Of a stretch of 64,000 nucleotides of DNA, positions 47,993-57,761 are shown piece after piece. Both the position numbers and the translations under genes were made by a program. Origin of the DNA: Verrucomicrobiota bacterium (GTDB lineage Bacteria > Verrucomicrobiota > Verrucomicrobiia > Limisphaerales > UBA9464); contig VHCG01000006.1 in the NCBI GenBank assembly GCA_016871805.1, positions 32,982 to 96,981 of the forward strand, given 5' to 3'. Each line of letters starts with the position of its first letter. The first letter of the stretch is position 1. The notes under the pieces were generated by a model. The model was given only the letters and a program-made list of their open reading frames with translations. It did not search any database and was not told the origin of the DNA.

Positions 47993-48067
47993 GTTCCGGG
48001 CTGCCGGGCAGGGTCCCGGACCACCTTTCCGCTTTGAGCGGATCGGAATGAATCTAGGCTGGGGGCC

Positions 48068-51000
48068 GTGAGGGTTCTCCGGCCTTTTTTCTTGTGGGGA
48101 TGGCTGCTGCTGGCGCCCGTCCTCGCCCAGCACGCCACCAATGCTCCCGACTTCGGCGCAGCCACCACCGAGGCGCTCAAGCTGAAGCTGGGTCCCGGAC
48201 TCCGGATGGACGTATGGGCGGCCGAACCCCAGCTCAGCAACAGCGTCGCCTTCGCGTTCGATGGACGTGGCCGGGCCCTGCTCGCGCAGTCCGATCGTTG
48301 GGCCATCAGCGTCTTCGACATCACCGCCCACACGAATTGGCTGCTCGAGGACATGTCGTTCCGGAACGTCGCCGACCGGGCCGCATTCCTGCGGCGGGAG
48401 TTCGCCACGAACCTGACCCTGCTCACCAAGGACTCCGAGGTGGTCCGACGGGTGGAGGATCGGGACGGTGACGGACGTGCGGACCACCACGCGAACCTGT
48501 ACACCGGGTTCAACTCGGTGACCGATGGCACCGCCGCCGGGGTTCTGGCGGCCGCCGGACAGATCTACTTCGCCAACATCCCGGACGTCTGGCGCTTTCC
48601 CGACACCCCGGACGACCCGGGCCAACCTCTCCAACCGCGCCCGGAGAACCTCATCGCCCAGGGATTCGGGGTCCATATCGGCGTCTCCGGACACGACCTT
48701 CATGGACTCCTCCGCGGTCCGGATGGCCGGATCTACTTCAGCTTTGGCGATCGCGGTCTCTGCCTGACGAACCGCGAGGGTGTCGTGATCAACCTGCCCG
48801 ACACCGGCGGGGTGCTGCGGTGCGAACCGGACGGCCGACGGCTGGAGCTGTTCTGCTTCGGACTCCGCAATCCCCAGGAACTCGCCTTCGACGACGAGGG
48901 CAATCTGTGGACCGTCGACAACGACACGGCGGGTGCAGATCCGTGTCGGGTCCTGCATCTGGTGGAGGGGGGCGACTACGGCTGGCGCACCAGCTATCAG
49001 CACATGGAGGGGTTCGGGCCGTGGGTGAAGGAGGCGCTTTGGAAGGGCGGCACCGACGGCATCCTTCCGCCGGCGGGGACGGTGAGCCAGGGCCCGAGCG
49101 GACTGGCCTTCTATCCCGGCACCGGGTTCGGCGCTCAGCTGAAGGGGCGGTTCCTGCACTGTGATTTTCCGGGTGGGGTCTGGTCGTTCTCCGTGAAGCC
49201 CCGAGGGGCCAGCTTCGAGCTGGATGCCAAGGACAAGTTCCTCTGGGGCTGCTGGCCGACGGATGTCGACTTCGGACCCGATGGTGCCGCGTATGTCCTC
49301 GACTGGGTGAGCGGTTGGGGACAGACCCCGCGGGGTCGGATCTATCGGATCACACCGTCCGTGGCTCTCGGTGCCACCGAGATGGAGTCGGTCCGACAGG
49401 TGAAGGACCTCCTCGCATCGGGACTGGCCGGGCAGAAGCAGGCGGCAGTGCTGGGTCTCCTGGCGCATGCGGATCGTCGTCTCCGACTGGCGGCCCAGTG
49501 GGAACTGGCTCAGCGGGGGGAATCGGCCCTCGAAGGACTTGGAACGGTGGCGCTCGATGGACGGGATCGGCTGGCCCGTCTCCATGCCGTGTGGGGCCTC
49601 GGTCAGATCCTGCGTGCGCGGTCGGTGCCCCGGTTCTCCTCCAAGGACGAGCGAGCCGTGGCCCGGTTGCTCGTCCTCCTGGAGGACTCCGATCGCCGGC
49701 TGGCGGCGGAGTCGGCCGCAGCGCTGGCCGAGGCGGGGATCTCCGAGGGATGGCCTGCGTTGTCACGTCTGCTCGCGGATCCGGATGCGCTGGTGCGTCG
49801 TCGAACCGGCGAGGCGATCGCCCGGATGCCCCTGGGTGTCGGGCCCAACCCGGTTGCCGGGATGGGCGGACGCCAATCGAGGATTCTGAAGGATCGCCTC
49901 GGCCTGGGCTGGGTGGCACGGCTGGGAGGTCTGGGCGGGTTCGCCCAGACGCAGGCGAGGGATCCGCTGGTGCTGGTTCGGACCCTCCTGGAATCCGGTG
50001 GCGACGATCCCTTCCTGCACCACACGGCGCGACGGATCCTGCTACAGGCGACCCCGTTCGCGGCGGGCCAGGGCACATGGCACGGGGTCAACCGTCTGGC
50101 GGAAACCGAGAGGGTTCCTTCGGAACAACTCGCCCGTGTCGAAGGTTCGTTCCTGCAACAGGCTTTGCGGGACGCGTCTCCGGCGGTCCGTCTCGCCGCC
50201 CTGCGGACCTGTCGACGTCTGGCCGAGCTGGCCTTCATCCATCCCCAGGTCGCCGGACTCCCAGGATTCCACGAGGCCCTGCTGTCGACGGGGACCCTGC
50301 TGACCCATGGGCTCGGCGACGCGGATCCCGGCCTGGTCGAGGAGGCTGGACGGGCGATCCATGACGTTCCGATCGCCGCCGGGATTCCTGGCCTGGCGTC
50401 GTTCGTGACCAAGATCGACTGCCCGGCCGGACTGCAGAGTCGGGTGATCGATGCCTGTTCGCGCCTCGGCACCCAGCAGCATGCCCAGATGCTGGCCAGC
50501 TTTGCCGCACGGGAGGATGTGCCGGACGAGCTTCGGGTCCTCGCCGTCCGCACCCTCGCCGAGTGGTCGACCCCGCCGGCGCTGGATCGGGTGAATGGCC
50601 TCTGGCGTCCCATGGTGGTGCAGACCCGCGACGCGACGTCCTCTGGATCGGCATCCACCGGGACGGGCGCGGCGGCCAATCCCCTCCTGGATCGCGCCTC
50701 TCAGGCCGCCCTGGCCTCGAGGAATTTCGGCCGGGCTGCGGCGGTGCCGGAATTGACCGAGGATCTGGGACGGACGGTCGCGTTTTCCGAAGGCCATGCC
50801 GTGAAACGGAATCCCGCCCCGGCCCGGCGGGCGTTCCTGCGGGTTGCCGGGGATCTGCTGAACCCGCTGAACCTCTCCGAGAGCGGTGTGCCGGTCGGCA
50901 CCCGAGAGGTGCTGTCGCTGCAAATCGCCACGGTCGAGGCCGCCGCGGCCCTCGGGGTGAAGGAGGCGAGCTCGCCCCTGTATGAACGGTTCACCCGGAC

Positions 51001-51889
51001 GAATTCCGCCCCGGCGCTCCGGAGGGCGATCCTGGTCGCGTTGGTCTCACTCAACGCGGCGCAGGCTCCCGACGCGATCGAGGCCGCCCTGGGTTCGTCC
51101 GACGCCCCTCTCCGTGTGGCGGTCGTGCCGTATCTGGACCGACTCGGTGGCGTGGAGGCCGTCTCGATCCTGGCGCGGCTGATCCCAGGTTCAGGAACAC
51201 CAAAGGGCGACGATCTGGCCTTGGCCCAGGCGGCAGTGGCGGCGTTGGGACGTCTCCCCGAAACCTCGGCATCGGAGGCCCTGAATGCGCCGTGGGTTGC
51301 CCTCGAAGCCGGGACACTGCCGTCGGAACTCGTGTTGGATGTCGAGTCCGCCGCCGAGGCGCGCTCGGCCCTGGATTCCGTCTGGGCCGAGCGCCTGAAG
51401 CGGCGCCGGTCCGCCGTGTCGGCCGGACCCGATCGCTGGCGGTTCGCGCTGGCCGGAGGAATCGCGGAGCGCGGGGAACGCGTGTTCCGGGAAAACCCCA
51501 CCGTCCAGTGTCTGCGATGCCACAAAATCGGTGCCGACGGCGGGATCGTTGGACCGGAGCTCACGAAGGTGGGAGCCCGGCTCTCCCGGGAGGAACTCCT
51601 CGCGAGCATCGTGGATCCCAACTCCCGCATGGCAGCCGGATTCGAGTCGGTGGTGGTCACTCTGCGCACGGGTGAGACGCTCGCCGGGACGGTGAAGGCC
51701 GAGTCCGACGATGTGCTGGAGGTCGAGCTGACCGATGCCGACACGGGAGCCCTCAAGCGGCTGACGCTTAAGAGGTCGGAAGTCGTCCGTCGCGATCGGG
51801 GCCCCAGTGCGATGCCGGAGGGGTTGGCGGATCAGTTGGGCCGGTTCGAGCTGCGGGACCTGGTCGAGTACCTGGCCGGTCTCCGGTAG
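48068..51889 (+). CDS. PVC-type membrane-bound-dehydrogenase-domain / HEAT-repeat / heme-binding CxxCH protein
   Basis: Signal peptide. N-terminal beta-propeller-like dehydrogenase domain (GLRNPQELAFDDEGNLWTVDND), HEAT-like repeats, C-terminal cytochrome c motif CLRCHKIGADGG. Confidence 0.85.
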   Translation: MRVLRPFFLWGWLLLAPVLAQHATNAPDFGAATTEALKLKLGPGLRMDVWAAEPQLSNSVAFAFDGRGRALLAQSDRWAISVFDITAHTNWLLEDMSFRNVADRAAFLRREFATNLTLLTKDSEVVRRVEDRDGDGRADHHANLYTGFNSVTDGTAAGVLAAAGQIYFANIPDVWRFPDTPDDPGQPLQPRPENLIAQGFGVHIGVSGHDLHGLLRGPDGRIYFSFGDRGLCLTNREGVVINLPDTGGVLRCEPDGRRLELFCFGLRNPQELAFDDEGNLWTVDNDTAGADPCRVLHLVEGGDYGWRTSYQHMEGFGPWVKEALWKGGTDGILPPAGTVSQGPSGLAFYPGTGFGAQLKGRFLHCDFPGGVWSFSVKPRGASFELDAKDKFLWGCWPTDVDFGPDGAAYVLDWVSGWGQTPRGRIYRITPSVALGATEMESVRQVKDLLASGLAGQKQAAVLGLLAHADRRLRLAAQWELAQRGESALEGLGTVALDGRDRLARLHAVWGLGQILRARSVPRFSSKDERAVARLLVLLEDSDRRLAAESAAALAEAGISEGWPALSRLLADPDALVRRRTGEAIARMPLGVGPNPVAGMGGRQSRILKDRLGLGWVARLGGLGGFAQTQARDPLVLVRTLLESGGDDPFLHHTARRILLQATPFAAGQGTWHGVNRLAETERVPSEQLARVEGSFLQQALRDASPAVRLAALRTCRRLAELAFIHPQVAGLPGFHEALLSTGTLLTHGLGDADPGLVEEAGRAIHDVPIAAGIPGLASFVTKIDCPAGLQSRVIDACSRLGTQQHAQMLASFAAREDVPDELRVLAVRTLAEWSTPPALDRVNGLWRPMVVQTRDATSSGSASTGTGAAANPLLDRASQAALASRNFGRAAAVPELTEDLGRTVAFSEGHAVKRNPAPARRAFLRVAGDLLNPLNLSESGVPVGTREVLSLQIATVEAAAALGVKEASSPLYERFTRTNSAPALRRAILVALVSLNAAQAPDAIEAALGSSDAPLRVAVVPYLDRLGGVEAVSILARLIPGSGTPKGDDLALAQAAVAALGRLPETSASEALNAPWVALEAGTLPSELVLDVESAAEARSALDSVWAERLKRRRSAVSAGPDRWRFALAGGIAERGERVFRENPTVQCLRCHKIGADGGIVGPELTKVGARLSREELLASIVDPNSRMAAGFESVVVTLRTGETLAGTVKAESDDVLEVELTDADTGALKRLTLKRSEVVRRDRGPSAMPEGLADQLGRFELRDLVEYLAGLR

Positions 51890-51911
51890 TTCCACGCGGA
51901 GGGGAGGGGAT

Positions 51912-52191
51912 GGGACTGACACGGAGACGCGGCGACGCGGATGAAAGGCAGGAGAAGAGGAAGGAGAAGAGGAAGGGAATTTTTTTGGAAGCTTATCGGT
52001 GTGGCTTCGGGTGAACCGACCCGAGTGTTTCGGCTCTGCGTCATGGCGACACGTTGTCGGGGTTGCCTGTGCATCGCCATGAGGGCCGATTCGCCGAGGC
52101 ACCAGAAATACGCGGAGCCTGTCTCCCTCGATGTCGTCCTCTCATCCCTCCCCGTCCTTCCTCCGCGTCGCCGTGTCTCCGTGTGAGTCCC
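51912..52191. repeat. 30-bp inverted repeat pair (51912-51941 / 52162-52191) enclosing about 220 bp; MITE-like or long-stem structure
   Basis: gggactgacacggagacgcggcgacgcgga versus the reverse complement gggactcacacggagacacggcgacgcgga (28 of 30). The interior has a 12-bp tandem repeat (ggagaagaggaa x2), a T7 run and an 8-bp hairpin (catggcga...tcgccatg). Confidence 0.5.
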
Positions 52192-53068
52192 CTCCGCCCC
52201 CCGCCAGCTCCACGTCGAGCCGGGTCAGGGCTTCGTCCGTGTAGTTGGCGTAGTCGAACTCCACCGCCGGATGCGTCTCGCTGACCATCCCCCAGAGGGC
52301 CTCCCGCAGCAGGGAGAGGACGCGCATGCAGCGATGGTTCGCGAGCGTGGCCGCATCGATCCGGGCCGTGTCCAGATACCGGCCGAGAAGTTCCAGTTCC
52401 GCCTCGGTGGGCAGTCCGTTGTTGGTGGCGAGATTCGCGAGGTCGAAGAACGGAGTGCCGAAGCCGGCGTAGTCCCAGTCGATCAGCCAGAGTCGGGATC
52501 CGTCGTCGAGGATGTTGCCGGCCAGCAGGTCGTTGTGCCCAAGCACGAGGCCGGTGCCCGTGAACCCTGACTCCAGCCGCTCGTTGAGCGAGTCGAATTC
52601 ATCCAGTCGTCCCGACCCTCGGCCGCCGTGGGTCCTGAGATGGTGGAGGTAGGATCGGACGACCTGGAACGGCCAGAACGTGAGGACGGGTCCCCGGAGG
52701 TGTCGTGGGACCTCCCGGTGGCAGCGTCGGAGGAGTTCGGCGAGACGCGGCTGGAGTCGGGGGTCACGGATCCGCTCCGGGGAGAGCGGCTGGCCGTCGA
52801 TGAAGTCCATGACCACAAGGCCGGGTTCCGCGAACCGGATGGCCGGGGAGAGCCCGGCCGCATGGGCCGCCTGCGCGACGGCCAGCTCGTGCCAGCGCAT
52901 CACCCCATGGTGGGGGAGATCCTCGCCGAGGCGGACGACGTGGGTCCCGGCGCGATCGCGGACCTTGTAGTTCCGATTCGTCATCCCCCCGGCCAGGGGT
53001 GCGATGTCCGGATCCCCGCGCCAACAGCCGAGTCCCGCAAGGCGCTGGAGGTCCGCTTCCGGGGGCAT
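52142..53068 (-). CDS. Choline/ethanolamine-kinase-like phosphotransferase (APH family)
   Basis: GGMTNRNYKV, Brenner-type motif LGHNDLLAGNIL, LIDWDYAGFG. Confidence 0.8.
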   Translation of the reverse strand: MPPEADLQRLAGLGCWRGDPDIAPLAGGMTNRNYKVRDRAGTHVVRLGEDLPHHGVMRWHELAVAQAAHAAGLSPAIRFAEPGLVVMDFIDGQPLSPERIRDPRLQPRLAELLRRCHREVPRHLRGPVLTFWPFQVVRSYLHHLRTHGGRGSGRLDEFDSLNERLESGFTGTGLVLGHNDLLAGNILDDGSRLWLIDWDYAGFGTPFFDLANLATNNGLPTEAELELLGRYLDTARIDAATLANHRCMRVLSLLREALWGMVSETHPAVEFDYANYTDEALTRLDVELAGGGGDSHGDTATRRKDGEG

Positions 53069-53072
53069 GGGG

Positions 53073-53777
53073 TTATCCTCGACGCCGCAGCAGCAGCGCG
53101 CAGTTCCATGCGAGGAACTCCCGGAGCAGGGGGACCGACATCAGGCCGCTGAACTCCGTGAAGTACCGGGGTGCGGCGGCCACCAGCTCGAGCTGTGTGT
53201 CGCTCCGGATGTGGGCGAGCACGCGTCCGATGTAGGTTGGGAAGAGGTTGCGGTGGGGATGATGGAACCGCGGACGGGAACCCAGCCGGTCGTAGATCGC
53301 CGGACCCAGGGAGGTGCCCAGATAGTGCCAGGGCGAGAACTCGTGGCCACCCCAGGGGGAGAGCCAGTTCGTCCAGCTCAGATAGAGCACACCGTCGTCG
53401 GTCAGGATCTCATGGGCCCTGGACAGGAACCGGTTGGGCTTGGCCAGGTGCTCGAGGACGTTCGAGCAGACGACGAGGTCATGCCGGCCCAGCGGCGCGA
53501 GGTCGTCCCGGTCCAGATTGACCGGCCGGAACGGGGATCCCTGGATCTCGGGCATCAGGCCGTTGGCCTCGTCGGCGTAGACGACCCGCACCCCGAGCCG
53601 GGACAGTTCCCCTCCGAAGATCCCGTGTCCGCATCCCAGGTCGAGGGCGAGACAACCCGGGCGTCTTGGAATCCCCTGGGCCTGAAGCCACCGGATGGCA
53701 TCGACGGCCTGCATCCGATAGAACTCCGCGTCGTCCCGATGGTGGGCGAAGCGCCAGAGCAGTTGGGGGAGGATCAT
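53073..53777 (-). CDS. Class I SAM-dependent methyltransferase
   Basis: Start at ATG 53777. Motif I LDLGCGHGIFG; post-I/II VVCSNVLEHL. Confidence 0.8.
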   Translation of the reverse strand: MILPQLLWRFAHHRDDAEFYRMQAVDAIRWLQAQGIPRRPGCLALDLGCGHGIFGGELSRLGVRVVYADEANGLMPEIQGSPFRPVNLDRDDLAPLGRHDLVVCSNVLEHLAKPNRFLSRAHEILTDDGVLYLSWTNWLSPWGGHEFSPWHYLGTSLGPAIYDRLGSRPRFHHPHRNLFPTYIGRVLAHIRSDTQLELVAAAPRYFTEFSGLMSVPLLREFLAWNCALLLRRRG

Positions 53778-53809
53778 GATCCCGGGTTCCTGGACGGAGC
53801 GTGTGTCGC

Positions 53810-54391
53810 CTATTTGACCACCCGGAGCCGGAACCAGACCTCCTCGGGCGTCAGCAGGGTCGCGAGGAACCGCTCGAAGAGCACCGGCTCGAGGTTGATC
53901 GGCCCATTCAGCCAGCGGAGCACGGCGAAGTTGGAGAAATGGAACCGCTTCTCCTCGATGCGGAAGCGCGCCGGTGAGCCGTAGTTGGTCCGATGGCCGA
54001 GCTTCCACTTCTCGTAGAATCTGAGGGTGCGGCCGGAGATGTCCTCGTAGTTGTCGAAACTCCGGATGCCGAAGGGAATCCGGTGGTCGGGTTCCGAGTA
54101 GAACTTGGTGCTCAGGAAGAAGGGGACCCGGACGACGATGAGGGCGCCGGGACGGGAGATCCTCCAGAGCTCGGTCACGACGGCGTTGAAATTGCCGAGA
54201 TGCTCGAGGATGTGGCTACACAGGATCTCGTCGAAGTGCGAGTCCGGGAACGGCCAGGGATAGCGATCAAGGTCGGTCAGGGTGTTTCCCCCGTAGTCGA
54301 CCCGGTCGAGATTCACCCAGCCGGGGCGGATATCGAGGCCGCACCCGACGTTCAGGCGACGGGATTCTGGAGGTGTGCCGACATGCGACAT
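53810..54391 (-). CDS. Class I SAM-dependent methyltransferase (type 11-like)
   Basis: Start at ATG 54391. LNVGCGLDIRPGWVNLD, ILCSHILEHL, PGALIVVRVP. Confidence 0.8.
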   Translation of the reverse strand: MSHVGTPPESRRLNVGCGLDIRPGWVNLDRVDYGGNTLTDLDRYPWPFPDSHFDEILCSHILEHLGNFNAVVTELWRISRPGALIVVRVPFFLSTKFYSEPDHRIPFGIRSFDNYEDISGRTLRFYEKWKLGHRTNYGSPARFRIEEKRFHFSNFAVLRWLNGPINLEPVLFERFLATLLTPEEVWFRLRVVK

Positions 54392-54487
54392 GCCGAGACG
54401 CTGCCCGGAAGGCGCCGGGAAACCAATCCCCACTTCGGGTCCAGGAGGGGTGGTGGTCTGGGACTGCAGGATTTGCTCCCCGAAGGA

Positions 54488-55219
54488 ATGGGGTTGGTTC
54501 AGCCTCCACCCCAGCCGATGAGCCCCCGGGGTTGGATCTCTCCGTATTTCCTGACGCGACACCTCCAGCGTCGTGCCTTGCGTCGTGCCGTCGATGCGGC
54601 GCCGGCGTCGGGATCCCTCATCGATGTCGGCTGCGGCCAGAAGCCGCATCGGGACCTCTTCGTGGGGATCTCCCGCTATGAGGGCATCGACTTCGACCGG
54701 TATTCCATCAACAAGGACTTCACCGCGGGGAAGCCCGACTTCGCGTTCCCCTCGGACTACACCCGCACGTGGACGCTGCCGTTCGCCGATGCGAGCTACG
54801 ACCACGCCGCGGCCCTCGAGGTTCTGGAACATCACCCGGATCCGGTCCGGGCCCTGGCCGAACTTGCCCGTGTCGTGAGGCCGGGTGGGCAGGTGTATCT
54901 GTCCTGGCCGTTCATCTTCCCGCTGCATGAGGAGCCGCATGACTTCTTCCGCTACACGCATCATGCGATGACCCGTCTGGCGCAGGGCGCGGGACTGGAG
55001 GTGGTGGGGCAGTGGCGGACCGGCGGGACGGTGGCGGTCGTGATAACGCTTGTGACGGGGCAGCTGGCGATCGCCAACGAGAGGGGGGGATTCCGGCGCC
55101 TGCTGGCCCTGGCGGCGTATCCTCCGTTCCTGGTGCTCCAGCACCTGATGGTCCCGTTCGCGCACCTTGGTTCGGAGACGGTGCTGTCCTACGTCGCCGT
55201 TCTCCGGAAACCGCACTGA
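54488..55219 (+). CDS. Class I SAM-dependent methyltransferase with C-terminal hydrophobic tail
   Basis: LIDVGCGQKPH, AAALEVLEHHPDP, PGGQVYLSWP. Start at 54488 or 54518. Divergent from the 53810..54391 gene. Confidence 0.75.
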   Translation: MGLVQPPPQPMSPRGWISPYFLTRHLQRRALRRAVDAAPASGSLIDVGCGQKPHRDLFVGISRYEGIDFDRYSINKDFTAGKPDFAFPSDYTRTWTLPFADASYDHAAALEVLEHHPDPVRALAELARVVRPGGQVYLSWPFIFPLHEEPHDFFRYTHHAMTRLAQGAGLEVVGQWRTGGTVAVVITLVTGQLAIANERGGFRRLLALAAYPPFLVLQHLMVPFAHLGSETVLSYVAVLRKPH

Positions 55220-55252
55220 TCCCAGCGGGAACGGGGCACGGAACCGTCGGGC

Positions 55253-56452
55253 TCAGGCACTTCCGCGATCCCTTGGCGTGTCGACGGCCTTGCGGATGAG
55301 ACCCTCATACCGGTCCACGACCGCTCCGATCCGCATGGTGCCGAGAAACCGTTCCTCCGAGATCGGGTCGAGGGGCTCCCGGAGACGTCGGGGTGCCTCC
55401 AGGAGTGCCTGTGTCAGGCGGTCCACGGTCAGGCCGCGGTCCTTGGGATCGGCATCGAACAGGACGGTCCGCGGGTAGCCTTCGAGGATCTCCGGAAGCC
55501 CGCCGCGTCGGGTGCCGACCACGACCCGTTGCGAGGCACGGCCTTCCAGGACGGTCAGGCCGAAGGGTTCATCCCACATGACGGGGCAGCAGACGATCTG
55601 GTGTCGGGCGTACACCTCCGGCATGTCGAGGTGGCCGCATGGCGGGTGGATCTGGATCCGGGGGTCGGCCGCGGTCCGTTCGACGATCTGCTGTCGGAGG
55701 GATCCCTGCAGCCCCAGCACGGTCAACCGGTGGTCGGCTGGAAGCCTTCGGAACGCGTCGACGAGGAGGTCGACCCCCTTCTCCGGGGAAAGCCTTCCCA
55801 CAAACAGGTATCGCGGGGCCTTGGAAGGCGTCGGTAGTTCGACCTTTCGGAACCGGTCGGGCACCGGGTTGTGGACCACGTGGATCGGCGGATGCCCGGC
55901 GCCCAGCCAGGTTGTCGCGGAAGCGGCGACGTGCCGGGAGACGGCGGCGATCCAGTCGAGACGGCACAGGTCTCCTGCCAGCGATCGGTCCCTCATCCGG
56001 GACAGCGTCCGCAGGACCCGTTTGAGAACCGGGTTCCGCACCCCGACCTCGACCTGTTGGGGAAGGGTGTCGTGGAGGGTGGTGCCACAGGGTATCCCGG
56101 CACGGGACGCGAGGGAGGCCGCGACCCTCAGTCCGAGGAAATCCTGGGACAGGATGAAGTCGTAGGGGGCTGTTTTGCCGGTCAGCGAGAGGGCCTTGTC
56201 GAGGAAGTGCCGGTCGAGCCCGGGGTTGTTCAGGAAAAGCAGGACCTGTCGGAGCCGATCGAGGCGGCGCTGGAACCCACGCGGCGCCGGCATCCGCAAC
56301 ACCGTGCCCGGCTGTGGCTCGGTGCACCCGTCGAGACAGAGCACGACCACCGAGTGTCCCCGTGCCCGGAGGTGCTCGGCGAGAAGGCGGGCGACGATCA
56401 CGCCCCCTCCGGCCGGGGCCTCGTAGAAGTACGAGACGATCAGGAGGCGCAT
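55253..56452 (-). CDS. Glycosyltransferase family 4 (GT-B)
   Basis: MRLLIVSYFYEAPAGGG N-terminus. C-terminal FVGRLSPEKG...E-x7-E-like region (DEPFGLTVLEG). Confidence 0.85.
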   Translation of the reverse strand: MRLLIVSYFYEAPAGGGVIVARLLAEHLRARGHSVVVLCLDGCTEPQPGTVLRMPAPRGFQRRLDRLRQVLLFLNNPGLDRHFLDKALSLTGKTAPYDFILSQDFLGLRVAASLASRAGIPCGTTLHDTLPQQVEVGVRNPVLKRVLRTLSRMRDRSLAGDLCRLDWIAAVSRHVAASATTWLGAGHPPIHVVHNPVPDRFRKVELPTPSKAPRYLFVGRLSPEKGVDLLVDAFRRLPADHRLTVLGLQGSLRQQIVERTAADPRIQIHPPCGHLDMPEVYARHQIVCCPVMWDEPFGLTVLEGRASQRVVVGTRRGGLPEILEGYPRTVLFDADPKDRGLTVDRLTQALLEAPRRLREPLDPISEERFLGTMRIGAVVDRYEGLIRKAVDTPRDRGSA

Positions 56453-57657
56453 GGCGCAGGACCCCTGCCCGGGAGGGCCGGACCGGTGGGAAGGCTGCCG
56501 AGGATCCGGTCCACGACCACCTGCCAGTCGAAGTGCTGCCGATAGTGGGATCGTCCACCCGCTCCAACCCGGCGTCGACGCTCGGGATCCGACAGCAGGC
56601 CCACCACGGTGGAGACGAAGCCGTCCCGGTCATCGGCCCGGCTGAGCGCGACCCAGTCGGCCTTCGCGAGTTCGACCCCCGTGCAGTGGCCGATGGTCGA
56701 GGCGACAGCCACCCCGTGGCATAGTCCGGCCATGATGCTGCCGCGGCGTTCCGAGATCCCGTCGACGAACGGGAGGGCGAGGACATCGACCGCGGACAAT
56801 GCCCGCGAGGCGGCCTCCTCGGGCAGGTAGCCCAGGGTCCGGAACCGGCTGGCACGGTCGGGAGGCACGGAAATAAAGGGGGAAGCCCCGATGATCACGA
56901 AGGCCACATCGAGTCCCCGTCGGTGGCTCTCCTCCCAGCACCCCAGGATCCAGTCCAGCTGTTTGCTGGGACTGAGCGTCCCGAAGTAGGCCAGCACCGG
57001 GATGTCGGCGGGCAGGCCCAGCTCCTGTCGCCACCGCGCCCGATGGTCGTCGGGCGTCACCACCACCGGGATGTTGCAGGGAGAGGGCAGGGTGAAGAGC
57101 TTCCCGGCCACGTCGGGCCTCCGGCGTCCCCAGTCGTCGACCCAGCGGCTGCAGCCGATCGGGATGACGTCGGCATGCCTCAGGATCGCCTCCCATTGCC
57201 GCCTCTGGTTCCAGACGTACCAGGCCCGGACCGGATGCCAGGAGGGGTCGGCCATGATCTCGTGGGCGAGGACCATCTGGGGGCGTCCCTGTCGGGCGAG
57301 CTCGGCGATGAGGCGTGGGAGGGTCGGGTTCACTCCACCCCGTCCGTACATGTGGGGCACATACTGCCAGAGGATCTGGGTGTTCTGGGGAACCCGGGAG
57401 AACTCCTCGCGGAGCCCCTGGAAATCATGCCAGCTATGGGCGACGGGCCGGACTGTGAACTCGGGTTGTGGCGCTGCCCCAGGGGAGGTGAGGACGGTGA
57501 CCGGACGATGTCGTGCGAGGCCACGCGCCAACATGAGGGTGTGGTCGGCGAGTCCCCCGCGCTTGGGGGGCAGCAGATCCGAGACGACAAGCACCGGGCG
57601 GCTCACGACGACGCTGGATGGAATCGCATCGCCGGATGAGTCGCCAGCAGGATCCAA
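56440..57657 (-). CDS. Glycosyltransferase family 4 (GT-B)
   Basis: VLVVSDLLPPKRGGLADHT N-terminus; LAYFGTLSPSKQ. 13-nt overlap with the downstream GT4 gene. TTG start at 57657, with an alternative GTG at 57606. Confidence 0.8.
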   Translation of the reverse strand: MDPAGDSSGDAIPSSVVVSRPVLVVSDLLPPKRGGLADHTLMLARGLARHRPVTVLTSPGAAPQPEFTVRPVAHSWHDFQGLREEFSRVPQNTQILWQYVPHMYGRGGVNPTLPRLIAELARQGRPQMVLAHEIMADPSWHPVRAWYVWNQRRQWEAILRHADVIPIGCSRWVDDWGRRRPDVAGKLFTLPSPCNIPVVVTPDDHRARWRQELGLPADIPVLAYFGTLSPSKQLDWILGCWEESHRRGLDVAFVIIGASPFISVPPDRASRFRTLGYLPEEAASRALSAVDVLALPFVDGISERRGSIMAGLCHGVAVASTIGHCTGVELAKADWVALSRADDRDGFVSTVVGLLSDPERRRRVGAGGRSHYRQHFDWQVVVDRILGSLPTGPALPGRGPAPCAS

Positions 57658-57761
57658 TCCGGCGGCGGCCCGGGTACCCGCGGGGGCGTGAGCCTTCCCA
57701 ACAATCGCTTGTCCCGGCCCCCCGCTTCATGAGCCCATTTCCCCGCACCACGTCACACGAC

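Noticed and set aside
47093-49585. 830-aa minus-strand ORF, plus similar long shadows (28066..29757 -, 33924..35606 +, 29754..31367 -, 32244..33785 -)
   Set aside because: Each lies opposite a gene with unambiguous family motifs, and each has biased R/G/P/D composition.
51910-52011. 33-aa ORF (MGLTRRRGDADERQEKRKEKRKGIFLEAYRCGFG) starting in the left inverted-repeat arm
   Set aside because: It is a highly charged low-complexity peptide derived from the purine-rich tandem repeat, and it has no ribosome-binding context.
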